Part shown: positions 27,214 to 36,495 of the stretch, in pieces | Layout: the number at the start of each line of letters is the position of its first letter | How positions within the stretch are numbered: the stretch's first letter is position 1 | NCBI GenBank assembly: GCA_017525505.1 | Contig: JAFXSR010000033.1 | Location: forward strand, 43,531 to 107,530 | From: Bacteroidales bacterium | GTDB lineage: Bacteria; Bacteroidota; Bacteroidia; Bacteroidales; WCHB1-69 | DNA length: 64,000 bases | Reading direction: 5' to 3' | The notes under the pieces: generated by a model | Database searches by the model: none | Seen by the model: the letters and a program-made list of their open reading frames with translations, nothing else | Told to the model about the DNA's origin: nothing | Translations under genes and position numbers: made by a program

Positions 27214-28845
27214 ATGAATAAAGAGGAAAAAAGATTTTACTTGTACCTGCTGATTTGGGTGTTGGCAGATTTGGTGCAGGCGGTGTTCACCAACATGCAC
27301 GCTGATGAGGCGTATTATGCGCTTTACGGGCAGTTTCTGGATTGGGGCTATTACGATCATCCGCCGATGGTGGCTTTGCTGACCTTTCTCAGCCATTTTG
27401 TCGGTACGGGGGCACTGTCGGTGCGGCTTTGTACCGTGTTGCTCCATGGGGCGACAATCTGGCTGGTGTGGAAAACCCTTTCCCGGGTGAATGCGAGTGT
27501 CCGAGATGTCAACGAGTTCTTTCTCATTGCCTTTTCCCTTTTCATGTTTGTGCTCTACGGCTTTATCACCACTCCCGATGCACCTTTGCTTTTCTTCACC
27601 GCTCTGTTTTTCTATCTGTATCAGCAATATCTGAAAAAAGGCTCGTTCCTGCTGGCAATGTTGCTGGGACTTACCATGGCGGGAATGTTGTATAGCAAGT
27701 ACATGGCGGTTCTGGTGATAGGCTTTGTCGTATTGTCGAATTTTAAATTGCTGAAAGACTGGAAATTATGGCTGGCTGTGGTTTTGGCTGCGCTTTTGTT
27801 TCTGCCCCATATCCTGTGGCAGTTCAATCACGACTTTCCGAGCCTGAAATATCATTTTCTGCTTCGCAAAGACCTGTTTTCCTGGGCTTATGTGCTGGAA
27901 TTTCTGCCCAATCAGTTGCTGGTTTTCAATCCGGTATGCTTGTTTCTGGCTTTTTATTTCTGTTGGCAGGAGCGCAAAAACAAAGACCTCTTCACCAGGG
28001 CCTGTGTTTTCACCTGTGTGGGTTTTGTCCTGTTTTTCTGGATGATGACGGTCAACGGCCATGCCGAACCGCACTGGACCATTGCCATCTCGGTACCGAT
28101 GCTGTTTTTGTTGCATAGGAATACTCGTAAAGAATTGTGGCATAAGAGAATAATGAGATATATCCTGCCGATGGCGGTTCTTGTTTTGCTGGTCCGCATA
28201 GGGCTTTGCACACCTTTTGTCCCCGACATCACGGGTTTTGGCGATTACCAGCCGGCCATGGAGGCCATTCATCAACAGGCTGGAAACAAGCCGGTTGTGT
28301 TTTACACGTCTTTCCAGAAACCCTCGCTGTACCGCTATCACACAGGCGGGAACGGCATGGCGCTGAGTTCTCTGTATAACCGCCAGACGCAATACGATAT
28401 CTTGCAGTTCGACAAGGACATACAGGGAAAACAGGTGCTGGCGGTGTCCACGATTCCTGATGATGAATATACCCAGGTCGGGAAGTATGGTTTTTATGGT
28501 CATGAATTTGCTCATTTCCAGGGAACCAACAGGATAGAGGTGCTGGTGGAGCGTCAACGGATAGAGGCGGACTCTGTGGTGTTAGAGGTGACCATCGACA
28601 ATCCCTACGCTGTTCCCTTTGATTTTGCGCATCCGGAATTGCCTGTGAGGATTTTCGCTGCTTATCTTCAAGGGGATCAGTATCATTTTGAAGAATGTGA
28701 AGGTATTGATATACAAGTAATTCCAGCTAATGACAAGGTCAAGACACAGTTGAGGTTCAAGTATATCCCTGAACAGGTATGTGTCATTTGTCTGGCCAAT
28801 TCCAGTAACATTTCTGTCAATAGTCAAGCGGTAAGCTTTGAGTAA
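27214..28845 (+). CDS. Polytopic membrane glycosyltransferase, ArnT/PMT-like (GT39/GT83 type)
   Basis: The N-terminal motif HADEAYYALYGQFLDWGYYDHPPMVALL is typical of the family. There are at least 10 predicted TM helices and then a soluble C-terminal domain of about 200 aa. Confidence 0.7.
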   Translation: MNKEEKRFYLYLLIWVLADLVQAVFTNMHADEAYYALYGQFLDWGYYDHPPMVALLTFLSHFVGTGALSVRLCTVLLHGATIWLVWKTLSRVNASVRDVNEFFLIAFSLFMFVLYGFITTPDAPLLFFTALFFYLYQQYLKKGSFLLAMLLGLTMAGMLYSKYMAVLVIGFVVLSNFKLLKDWKLWLAVVLAALLFLPHILWQFNHDFPSLKYHFLLRKDLFSWAYVLEFLPNQLLVFNPVCLFLAFYFCWQERKNKDLFTRACVFTCVGFVLFFWMMTVNGHAEPHWTIAISVPMLFLLHRNTRKELWHKRIMRYILPMAVLVLLVRIGLCTPFVPDITGFGDYQPAMEAIHQQAGNKPVVFYTSFQKPSLYRYHTGGNGMALSSLYNRQTQYDILQFDKDIQGKQVLAVSTIPDDEYTQVGKYGFYGHEFAHFQGTNRIEVLVERQRIEADSVVLEVTIDNPYAVPFDFAHPELPVRIFAAYLQGDQYHFEECEGIDIQVIPANDKVKTQLRFKYIPEQVCVICLANSSNISVNSQAVSFE

Positions 28846-28924
28846 GGTAGCGTGATGTGCATCTCCGCCTTGCGTATTTTTTGCAGAAATTTTCAGAAAT
28901 CTGTATATTTTCTGATATTTTTTG

Positions 28925-28932
28925 TAACTTTG
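28925..28932 (+). promoter_or_regulatory. TAnnTTTG promoter box
   Basis: TAACTTTG lies 17 nt upstream of the ATG at 28949. Confidence 0.55.
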
Positions 28933-28948
28933 CCCAAAAATATGGAAA

Positions 28949-30400
28949 ATGAGAAAAATAGTTCTTTCTTTATCCTATATGTTTCTTTTTATTGCAGTTT
29001 TAAATGCGTCTGTTTTAGAAAGTTATGATGATTATTTTTGGAACAGTCTCAGCAAAAAAGAAAAGGTTCATAAAGAGAAACAACCCAAAGACAGCATCCG
29101 CAGGGGCTGGACTTTTGGCATCTTGCCCAGTGTGGCTTACGATGCCGACAAGGGTTTCCAGGGGGGAGTGCTGTCCAATGTCTATTATTTCGGTGATGGC
29201 AGCACCTATCCGGAGTATCTTCATTCTTTTTATGTCGAGTTGGCATACACTACCAAGCATTGTGGCATTTTCCGTTTCAATTATGATTCCAAGTATTTGA
29301 TTCCCAAGCATCGACTTACGGTTGACATTTCTTATCTGCCCGATGCTATTTGCGATTTTTATGGTTACAATGGCTACCAAACGGTGCTGAACAAGGAGTG
29401 GATTAATAATAAAAAGTATCCGGACACTTACATTAGCAGGGCTTTTTACCGCAGCCGACGCGATATGTTGCGTATTGCGGCGGATATTTCCGGAAAAATC
29501 TCCGGAAACTGGTACTGGAATGCCGGTTTGGGTGTCTATTGGTTTAAAATCGGCAGTGTGAACCTCGATATGATCAACAAAGGCAAAAAAGAAGAAAACA
29601 AATTGCCGACAGGTGTGGAGGGTATGTACGAAAAGTATGTGAAATGGGGCATTATAAGTGCAGAAGAGGCCAATGGAGGCTGGCATCCTTATTTGCGTGG
29701 CGGTGTCACTTACGACAGCCGTGACCGCCAGCAGAATCCCAACAAGGGTATTTATGCCGATGCATTCTTGACTTATACCGCCGCTTTTGGTGCATTAAAG
29801 TCTTATAATAACTTGAAATTTAATTTTGATTTCAGACATTATGTGCCTGTATATAAGGATTATGTACTTTTTGCCTATCGTTTGTCTTTGCAGCTGAACA
29901 CTGCGGGGAAAAGTCCTTTCTACCAGAATAATATCTGGAATACTTTGCATATCCAGCGTGTGTCTTACGAGGTGCTGGGAGGCGGCAACACCACCCGTGG
30001 CATTGCCCGTCACCGCGGCACGGCCAATGGCTTTGCCTTTGCCAATGTGGAATTCCGTTTCAAACTGTGCAAGTTCGCCATCAAAAAAGAACAGTTTTAT
30101 ATTGGTCTGAACCCCTTCTTCGACGGAGCTATCATATTGCAGCCCTATAAGTTAGACAAAGATGAAATTATCAGAAATATCGAACAGAATGATCCAGAAT
30201 TCGATTTTGCAACCTTGGATCAGTACCTGAATTTTGACAATCCCCAGATTTATCGTCCGCATTTGTCGGCTGGTTTGGGTTTGAAAATCGCCATGAACGA
30301 CAATTTTGTGCTGTCGGTGGACTGGGCCGTTCCTTTCGATAAAAGAGACAATGCCAATCAATTCTCGAATTTCTATGTGAAGATGAATTACATGTTCTGA
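28949..30400 (+). CDS. Omp85/BamA-like outer-membrane beta-barrel protein (hypothetical)
   Basis: It has a signal peptide and an alternating aromatic/glycine beta-strand pattern. The C-terminal barrel signature is LSAGLGLKIAMNDNFVLSVDWAVPF...YVKMNYMF, with a terminal F. Confidence 0.5.
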   Translation: MRKIVLSLSYMFLFIAVLNASVLESYDDYFWNSLSKKEKVHKEKQPKDSIRRGWTFGILPSVAYDADKGFQGGVLSNVYYFGDGSTYPEYLHSFYVELAYTTKHCGIFRFNYDSKYLIPKHRLTVDISYLPDAICDFYGYNGYQTVLNKEWINNKKYPDTYISRAFYRSRRDMLRIAADISGKISGNWYWNAGLGVYWFKIGSVNLDMINKGKKEENKLPTGVEGMYEKYVKWGIISAEEANGGWHPYLRGGVTYDSRDRQQNPNKGIYADAFLTYTAAFGALKSYNNLKFNFDFRHYVPVYKDYVLFAYRLSLQLNTAGKSPFYQNNIWNTLHIQRVSYEVLGGGNTTRGIARHRGTANGFAFANVEFRFKLCKFAIKKEQFYIGLNPFFDGAIILQPYKLDKDEIIRNIEQNDPEFDFATLDQYLNFDNPQIYRPHLSAGLGLKIAMNDNFVLSVDWAVPFDKRDNANQFSNFYVKMNYMF

Positions 30401-30420
30401 CAAATCTAAATACAACTATC

Positions 30421-31128
30421 ATGAAAAAAGGCGAACTATACGAAAAAGACGACCGTATCTTGGCAGATGCCATGCATACCATGAAAAACAGGATCTCCCC
30501 GATCATAGCTTATTCGGAGATGATTCAGTATGGGCATGTGGAGCCGGAGAAAATACCGGAAGTGGCGAGAAAAATCGGCATGTGTGCCAGCAGTGTAAAC
30601 CAAGTGTGTTCAGAGTTGACGGATATTTACAGTATTCGTGGAAATTTGGTGAACAAGACTGTGGAAAAGGTTTTCCCGTATGAAGTCTTGCAGGAATGTT
30701 TTTGTACGATTGAAAGTAATATGAACCCGAAAAAAATCAAATTGGTCAATCGTCTTGACAAGTCTGCGTCGGTATTGTTCAATGTCAGAATGCAGAGTTC
30801 TATTTTCATGAAGTTGATCAACAATTCCATGAAATTCTCACCTGCGGGAAGTACCATTGAGGTTTCGGGCAAAATTGTGGATGGGAATACGTATGAGATT
30901 AGTGTGAAAGACGAAGGTGTGGGGATTGATGAGGCCAAGGTTGAGGATAAGTTGAAAAACAACACGGATTACTCTACCTTGAGTTTAGAAAATGAAGTGG
31001 GTACGGGACTGGGTTTGTTATTGGTGAAGATTATTCTGGACAAACATCAGGGAACTATCAGGGCCTACAACAATAAAAACAAAGGTTCCACGTTTGTATT
31101 TACCCTCCCTTTGTATAAGGAAAATTGA
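30421..31128 (+). CDS. Sensorless cytoplasmic histidine kinase core (HisKA + HATPase_c only)
   Basis: H-box ADAMHTMKNRISPIIAYSEMI, N-box KLINNSMKFSP, G1 VKDEGVGID, G2 GTGLGLLLVKIILDKHQGTI. There is no TM or sensor domain, and no response regulator in the window. Confidence 0.75.
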   Translation: MKKGELYEKDDRILADAMHTMKNRISPIIAYSEMIQYGHVEPEKIPEVARKIGMCASSVNQVCSELTDIYSIRGNLVNKTVEKVFPYEVLQECFCTIESNMNPKKIKLVNRLDKSASVLFNVRMQSSIFMKLINNSMKFSPAGSTIEVSGKIVDGNTYEISVKDEGVGIDEAKVEDKLKNNTDYSTLSLENEVGTGLGLLLVKIILDKHQGTIRAYNNKNKGSTFVFTLPLYKEN

Positions 31129-31131
31129 TTT

Positions 31132-32298
31132 ATGAAGTTGTTGGTTGTCCTGTCCCGTTTTCCCTATCCCCTCGAAAAAGGGGACAAGTTGCGTGCGTAT
31201 CACCAGATCAGGGTGTTGTCGCGTCAGCACGACATTTATTTGTTCGCCTTGTCCGACAATGAAGTGCCGCTCGCTTCGATGGAGGCCATGAAGCCTTTCT
31301 GCCAAGAAATAAGGGTGGGGCGTTTCTGTTGGTGGACCAAGTTGACCAACAGTTTGCGGGCTTTCTTCAAGGGCTGGCCCATACAGTGCGGTTATTTTTA
31401 CAGTCGCGAGGCGAAAAAGGCTTTGCGGCAGTTTGCCGATGAGGTGAAGCCTGATATGGTTTATGCCCAGTTGGTGAGGACGGTGCCTTACGTTCAGGAG
31501 TTGGAGGGAGAGAAAACAATTGATTATCAGGATGTTTTCTCACAAGGCATGTTACGGCGCGCTCAGCGGGCCCCGTTCTGGAAGAGGCCATTCTTCAAGA
31601 TGGAGTCCCGACGCCTGCGTCGTTATGAGGCGGAGGTTTTCCCTTTGTTCCAGCACCATACCATTATCACGGAGGTGGATCGCGACCTGATGCCTGTGAA
31701 AGAAAAAGACAAGATACGCATCGTGGGCAACGGGGTTGATTTTGAGCAATACAGATATGAGGGGCAGGAGAAAAACTACGATTTGATATTCGCTGGAAAC
31801 ATGAGTTATGCACCCAATGTGGATGCAGCTGAATTTATTGTGAAACAGATACTTCCGAGATTATTGCCGCAGTTCCCGAACTTGCGTTTGGTTTTGTGTG
31901 GCACCGACCCGGCCCCGAGGGTGCGGGCCTTGCAGGGACCACATGTCACCGTCACCGGCTGGGTGGAGTCTATCGCTGAGTATTACGCCCAGTCGCGAAT
32001 TTTTTTGGCTCCGATGCGCTTGGGCACAGGTCTGCAAAACAAGCTCTTGGAGGCCATGGCCACACAGTTGCCCTGCGTTACCTCGCCCTTAGCCGGCAAA
32101 CCCCTCAAAGGCATTACCGATCAGCACGACATCTTGATTTGTGACAAGGTGGAGGAATATGTGGAGGCGATTACCCAATTACTTACGGATAATGTTTATT
32201 ATCAACAAATTTCGCAGCAAGGCTACCAGTATGTGCAACAGCGCTATTCGTGGGAGGCGGCGACGGAGCCATTGTTGCAGTTGACAATTGATAGTTGA
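31132..32298 (+). CDS. Glycosyltransferase family 4 (GT-B)
   Basis: N-terminus KLLVVLSRFPYPLEKGDKLRAYH. The C-terminal GT1/GT4 core reads IFLAPMRLGTGLQNKLLEAMA. It starts 3 nt after the kinase stop. Confidence 0.75.
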   Translation: MKLLVVLSRFPYPLEKGDKLRAYHQIRVLSRQHDIYLFALSDNEVPLASMEAMKPFCQEIRVGRFCWWTKLTNSLRAFFKGWPIQCGYFYSREAKKALRQFADEVKPDMVYAQLVRTVPYVQELEGEKTIDYQDVFSQGMLRRAQRAPFWKRPFFKMESRRLRRYEAEVFPLFQHHTIITEVDRDLMPVKEKDKIRIVGNGVDFEQYRYEGQEKNYDLIFAGNMSYAPNVDAAEFIVKQILPRLLPQFPNLRLVLCGTDPAPRVRALQGPHVTVTGWVESIAEYYAQSRIFLAPMRLGTGLQNKLLEAMATQLPCVTSPLAGKPLKGITDQHDILICDKVEEYVEAITQLLTDNVYYQQISQQGYQYVQQRYSWEAATEPLLQLTIDS

Positions 32299-32354
32299 CA
32301 GTTATTCTTTTCAGGTGAGAAGGTGAGAGGGTTTTATCCAGTTGACAGTTGACA

Positions 32355-32495
32355 ACTGTATGCAGGCCGTAGGTCTGCATGGCTTGGTAGCCCAGGGCAA
32401 CGCCCTGGGGAAATGGTGGATACGAGTGTGTGTTCGCGGCATGGGATGCGTCTGCCCTGATGATGGAACCACGCTGCCGCGAAAGGGTATCGTTA
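32355..32495 (-). repeat. Family-B GC-hairpin element, copy 3 (inverted relative to copies 1 and 2)
   Basis: tgcaggccgtaggtctgca...cccagggcaacgccctggg...ttcgcggcatggg...tgccctgatgatgg...ctgccgcgaaaggg aligns by eye to the reverse complement of 35330-35465. Confidence 0.7.
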
Positions 32496-32527
32496 CAGCC
32501 AATGAAAAATTTCATGTAGTAGCCGTG

Positions 32528-32680
32528 AGTTACACGGTTACGTGGTTACACGGTGAGAAGGTTAAGGGATTTAGAAGGTTTACAAGGTTTAGGAGGTTGA
32601 AGGAGATAAACTTCCTAAACCTCATAAACTACTAACCGTGTAACCGCGTAACCGAGTAAACTTCCAAAGTTCCCCATTGC
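32528..32680. repeat. Long imperfect hairpin built from inverted word arrays (no cargo)
   Basis: The left arm is gagttacacggttacgtggttacacggtgagaaggttaagg...aaggtttaggagg. The right arm is ttcctaaacctcataaactactaaccgtgtaaccgcgtaaccgagtaaac. The ends are complementary: cggttacgYggttacacgg and aggtttagga. Confidence 0.75.
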
Positions 32681-32747
32681 TTGTGCCCTTATAATTTGTT
32701 TTTTATAAAAAACACTTTTACATTGTTTTTGTTCTTTAAAAAAAACG

Positions 32748-32755
32748 TATCTTTG
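32748..32755 (+). promoter_or_regulatory. TAnnTTTG promoter box for xseA
   Basis: TATCTTTG lies 6 nt upstream of the ATG, so the transcript has a very short leader or is near-leaderless. Confidence 0.55.
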
Positions 32756-32760
32756 CAAGC

Positions 32761-34155
32761 ATGGAAAAACAACGAGAGACTTTCAACGACCGTCCGGTAT
32801 ATAGCTTGTCGGAACTCACTGGCAGCATCAAGGCTGTGATCAACAAGACCTATACCCGTGCTTACTATGTCAAGGCGGAGATTATACGGCTGAACAAGTA
32901 CCCCCATTCAGGGCACTGTTACCCTGAATTGGTGGAGAAAGAGGGCGACCGGATTGTGACCCAGATGCGGGCGGTCATTTGGAAAACGCAGGTGGAAGAG
33001 ATTAACGCGAAGTTCCTGAAAATCACCGGTGAACCCCTCAAAGACAACATCAGCATCCTGTGTCTGGCCACCATCGAGTTCAGTCCGCAGTATGGCTTGG
33101 CTCTTTATATCCAGGACATTGAGCCGAGCTATACCTTGGGAGAGCTGATGAGGAACAAGATGGCCGTCATCGCCCGCCTGAAGAAAGAAGGCGTTTTCGG
33201 GGCCAACAAGCGTTTGGAGCTGCCTTTGCTGCCCAAACGCATTGCGGTTATTTCGGTGGAGACCAGCAAAGGTTACAGCGATTTCATGGTGACCCTGCAA
33301 GAGAACAGCTGGAACTATTGCTTTGAGTGTGAGCTGTTTCCGTCCATCCTGCAGGGCGACAAAGCCATAACAACAATCACGGCGCAGCTGGAGGCCATCG
33401 CCAAACGGCAGAAAGATTTCGACTGTGTGGTCATCATCCGTGGCGGAGGCGGTGATGTGGGTTTGAGCTGCTACGATGACTACAGTTTGTCGCACAAAGT
33501 GGCCACTTTTCCGCTGCCAATTATCTCTGGCATAGGACACTCCACTAACGAAAGTGTCACCGACATGGTGTCGTATGCCAACAAAATCACCCCAACCGAG
33601 GTGGCCTATTTTCTGATTCAGCAGTTCCACAATTTCGCCATCCAGCTGGAAGAGGCTCAGGACAAGATCATCCGCTATGTGGAAATGCTGTTCACCCGCG
33701 AAAAATACCAGATTGAACAGATAGAGCACAATTATCTGCTGTTAGCCACCCAGTTGCTGACCAAGGAAAAACAACGGATAGCGCAAATCGAGCAGGATTA
33801 TCTCCTCACCGCCACCCGCTCGCTTACCCGCGAGAAGCATCAGATTGAGCAGCTGGAACAGCGTTGCAAGCTCAATGCCACGCATCGTCTTTCACAGGAG
33901 AAAAATGTGATGGAGAACCTCTACAAGATGATGCAACTTTCTTCAAAACAGTTGTTTGTCATCAAAAACAAGGAGTTGGAGAATTTGGAGGAGAAAATCC
34001 GTCTGCTTCATCCGCATAACGTGCTGAAGCGCGGCTATTCCATCACAAGGTTGAATGGCAAAGCCCTCACCAGGCCTGCTGATGTGAAGGAAGGAGATGT
34101 GCTGGTGACGGAGTTGAGTGAGGGAGAAGTGGTGAGTGAGGTGAGGAGATTGTAG
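32761..34155 (+). CDS. xseA: Exodeoxyribonuclease VII large subunit
   Basis: The OB-fold N-terminus reads YSLSELTGSIKAVINKTYTRAYYVKAEI and the catalytic core VIIRGGGGDVGLSCYDD. The C-terminal coiled coil has 3 tandem units of about 21 aa (REKYQIEQIEHNYLL / KEKQRIAQIEQDYLL / REKHQIEQLEQRCKL). Confidence 0.9.
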   Translation: MEKQRETFNDRPVYSLSELTGSIKAVINKTYTRAYYVKAEIIRLNKYPHSGHCYPELVEKEGDRIVTQMRAVIWKTQVEEINAKFLKITGEPLKDNISILCLATIEFSPQYGLALYIQDIEPSYTLGELMRNKMAVIARLKKEGVFGANKRLELPLLPKRIAVISVETSKGYSDFMVTLQENSWNYCFECELFPSILQGDKAITTITAQLEAIAKRQKDFDCVVIIRGGGGDVGLSCYDDYSLSHKVATFPLPIISGIGHSTNESVTDMVSYANKITPTEVAYFLIQQFHNFAIQLEEAQDKIIRYVEMLFTREKYQIEQIEHNYLLLATQLLTKEKQRIAQIEQDYLLTATRSLTREKHQIEQLEQRCKLNATHRLSQEKNVMENLYKMMQLSSKQLFVIKNKELENLEEKIRLLHPHNVLKRGYSITRLNGKALTRPADVKEGDVLVTELSEGEVVSEVRRL

Positions 34156-34268
34156 TGGCTAGTCATACCCCTATACTCCGCTATCGCTCCGTATGGAGTT
34201 ACAGAGAGGCGGCCTCTCCGAGGCCGGGGCCAAAACAGGTGTCTTGCAGTAAAGAGTGTCAGACTACC

Positions 34269-35276
34269 TTACCGGGTAATGTCTCGAAGAGACATCCTCT
34301 CTGTAACCCCACATAAGGCCGTAGGCCGCAGTGTGGGGTTCATAACCTGCAGCACCTTCTCAACGGCAATTTCCGCATGTCTCCGTTCCGCCTCAAGGGT
34401 TTGGCCACCGACGTGGGGCGTGAGGAGCACGCTGTCGTTCTCGGCCAACTCGCGCAGCACCGCGTCCCACTCTTCTTTGGAAGGAATCTGCAAACGTGAG
34501 GTCTCATATTCCAGCACATCAAAACAGGCATATATGATTTTCCCTTCTTTGATAGCGGTGAGCACATCGGCCGTATTCACCGCCCAACCCCTGGAAGTGT
34601 TGAGGAAGATGAAGGGATGTTTGATTTTCTGAATCACATCTTTATTGATAAAGTAATGGTTTTCAGGAAGGTAATTGATATGCAAAGATATCACATTGCA
34701 CTGCTCAAACAACTCTTCCAAAGTCACGGCTGTGGCATTTTCATCCTCATAATTTTGGCGATAGCGATCGTAGCACAAGACCTTGCAGCCCAAGGCTTTC
34801 AGCAGTTTGGCAAAAGCTGGACCCGTGTGTCCGTAGCCAATAATACCCACGGTATGGGAGGCCAACTCTGTGCCTTTGTTTTTCTCGCGCAACCACTGGC
34901 CCTTACGGACCTCATCATTGGCAGTAGTCACATGCCGCAAAGCGGCTAGCAGGAGGGTGAGGCACAGTTCCGCCACCGCATTGGCGTTGCCTTCGGGCGT
35001 ACTCAAACAGTGAACCCCCTTGCTTTCAGTGTACTGAGTGTCAATATTTTCCATACCAGATCCAATACGCACCACAAAACGCAAATGAGGCTTGGAATCG
35101 ATAGCAGATGCATCCACCGCAAAACGGCTTCGGATAATCAGCCCGTCGTATTCATCGGGTAATGCCACAAAGCCATCGTGGGTTAGTTCTCTATTCGTCT
35201 CGCAGTGGTAGCCGTGGGTTTCCAGTTGTTCCGCAAGGAGCGGGTGAACTCTGTCAACAATCAATATCTTATGCAT
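34269..35276 (-). CDS. D-isomer-specific 2-hydroxyacid dehydrogenase (phosphoglycerate dehydrogenase-like)
   Basis: The NAD-binding motif is VGIIGYGHTGPAFAKLLKALGCKV and the catalytic region is TPHVGGQT. The start is moved to MHKILIV because a TATTTTTG box (35292-35299, minus) overlaps the longer ORF. The last roughly 25 aa are encoded by a repeat hairpin. Confidence 0.8.
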   Translation of the reverse strand: MHKILIVDRVHPLLAEQLETHGYHCETNRELTHDGFVALPDEYDGLIIRSRFAVDASAIDSKPHLRFVVRIGSGMENIDTQYTESKGVHCLSTPEGNANAVAELCLTLLLAALRHVTTANDEVRKGQWLREKNKGTELASHTVGIIGYGHTGPAFAKLLKALGCKVLCYDRYRQNYEDENATAVTLEELFEQCNVISLHINYLPENHYFINKDVIQKIKHPFIFLNTSRGWAVNTADVLTAIKEGKIIYACFDVLEYETSRLQIPSKEEWDAVLRELAENDSVLLTPHVGGQTLEAERRHAEIAVEKVLQVMNPTLRPTALCGVTERMSLRDITR

Positions 35277-35291
35277 ACAGACTATTTTTTG

Positions 35292-35299
35292 CAAAAATA
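35292..35299 (-). promoter_or_regulatory. TAnnTTTG promoter box for the dehydrogenase gene
   Basis: The reverse complement of caaaaata is TATTTTTG, 16 nt upstream of the ATG at 35276. Confidence 0.55.
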
Positions 35300-35329
35300 C
35301 GATTTTTTTCCGTGATATGATTCTGTAAC

Positions 35330-35500
35330 CTCACGCCATCCTTTCGTGGCAGGGTAATGTCATCATCGGGGCAAACGTCACCCGTGCCGCGAGGGTGTAT
35401 ATGTGCGGTCCTGTCCCAGGGGCTTTGCCCCTGTCTGTAGTCTGGTCGGCCCTACGGGCCTTGTCTCGTCACAGTAGTACATGCGTGATGATGGACGAGT
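35330..35500 (+). repeat. Family-B GC-hairpin element, copy 1
   Basis: ctttcgtggcagg...cacccgtgccgcgagggtg...caggggctttgcccctg tctgtagtctggtc ggccctacgggcc is colinear with 37316-37480. Confidence 0.75.
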
Positions 35501-35536
35501 AACGGGAAATGATCCCATCAAAAAGTATGGGAAAAA

Positions 35537-36331
35537 TTATACCGCGACATCAGCTTTAATATGTGGGTCGGGATTGTAATTTTCCAAAGTAAAATCCTCA
35601 TACTTGAAATCAAAAATCGACTTCACCTCGGGATTGATCCGCATCGTTGGTAACGCCTTCGGGGTGCGGGTGAGCTGTAATTTCGCTTGTTCCACATGGT
35701 TGGAGTAGATGTGGGCATCACCGAAGGTATGCACAAACTCCTTGGCCTTGAGGCCGCACACTTGGGCTACCATCATCAGCAGGAGCGAGTAAGAGGCGAT
35801 GTTGAAGGGCACGCCCAGGAACACATCCGCGCTGCGCTGGTACAGCTGGCAGGAGATTTCCCCGTTGTTCACGTAAAACTGGAACAGCACATGGCAGGGT
35901 GGCAGGGCCATTTGGGGCACCTCGCCCACATTCCAGGAGCACACCATCAGCCGGCGCGAGTCGGGGTTGGTCTTGATCTGTTCGATGAGGTCCGAAATCT
36001 GGTCCACACTGCGGCCGTCGGCAGTTGCCCACGAACGCCACTGCTTGCCATAGACGGGTCCCAGGTCGCCGTTTTCGTCGGCCCACTCGTCCCAAATGGA
36101 TACTCCGTTGTCTTTCAGGTACTTGATATTGGTGTCGCCCTTCAGAAACCAGAGCAGTTCGTAGATGATGGAGCGCAGGTGCAGTTTTTTGGTGGTGAGC
36201 ACAGGGAAGCCGTCGGCCAAGTTGAAACGCATCTGGTGGCCGAAAACACTGTAGGTGCCGGTCCCGGTGCGGTCGCTCTTGAAGCTGTTTTCGTCTAAAA
36301 TCCGCTGTAAAAGGTCAAGATATTGTCGCAT
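35537..36331 (-). CDS. thyA: Thymidylate synthase
   Basis: [15 protein letters not shown]...[17 protein letters not shown]...[12 protein letters not shown]... is unmistakably ThyA. The start is moved to the canonical MRQYL. Confidence 0.95.
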   Translation of the reverse strand: MRQYLDLLQRILDENSFKSDRTGTGTYSVFGHQMRFNLADGFPVLTTKKLHLRSIIYELLWFLKGDTNIKYLKDNGVSIWDEWADENGDLGPVYGKQWRSWATADGRSVDQISDLIEQIKTNPDSRRLMVCSWNVGEVPQMALPPCHVLFQFYVNNGEISCQLYQRSADVFLGVPFNIASYSLLLMMVAQVCGLKAKEFVHTFGDAHIYSNHVEQAKLQLTRTPKALPTMRINPEVKSIFDFKYEDFTLENYNPDPHIKADVAV

Positions 36332-36352
36332 GGTGATTGCCGTTAAAAGTTG

Positions 36353-36360
36353 CAAAGATA
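36353..36360 (-). promoter_or_regulatory. TAnnTTTG promoter box for thyA
   Basis: The reverse complement of caaagata is TATCTTTG, 22 nt upstream of the ATG at 36331. Confidence 0.6.
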
Positions 36361-36495
36361 CAATTTATTCCGATACAAAAAATCAAATTTTTGGAAAATG
36401 TTCGGGAAGAGGGAAGAAAAAAATGAAATTTTCAAAAAGTGGAAAAATTTGTAAAATTTGTTGACTTTTTTCTTGCTTTTCTCAAAATAAAAGTT

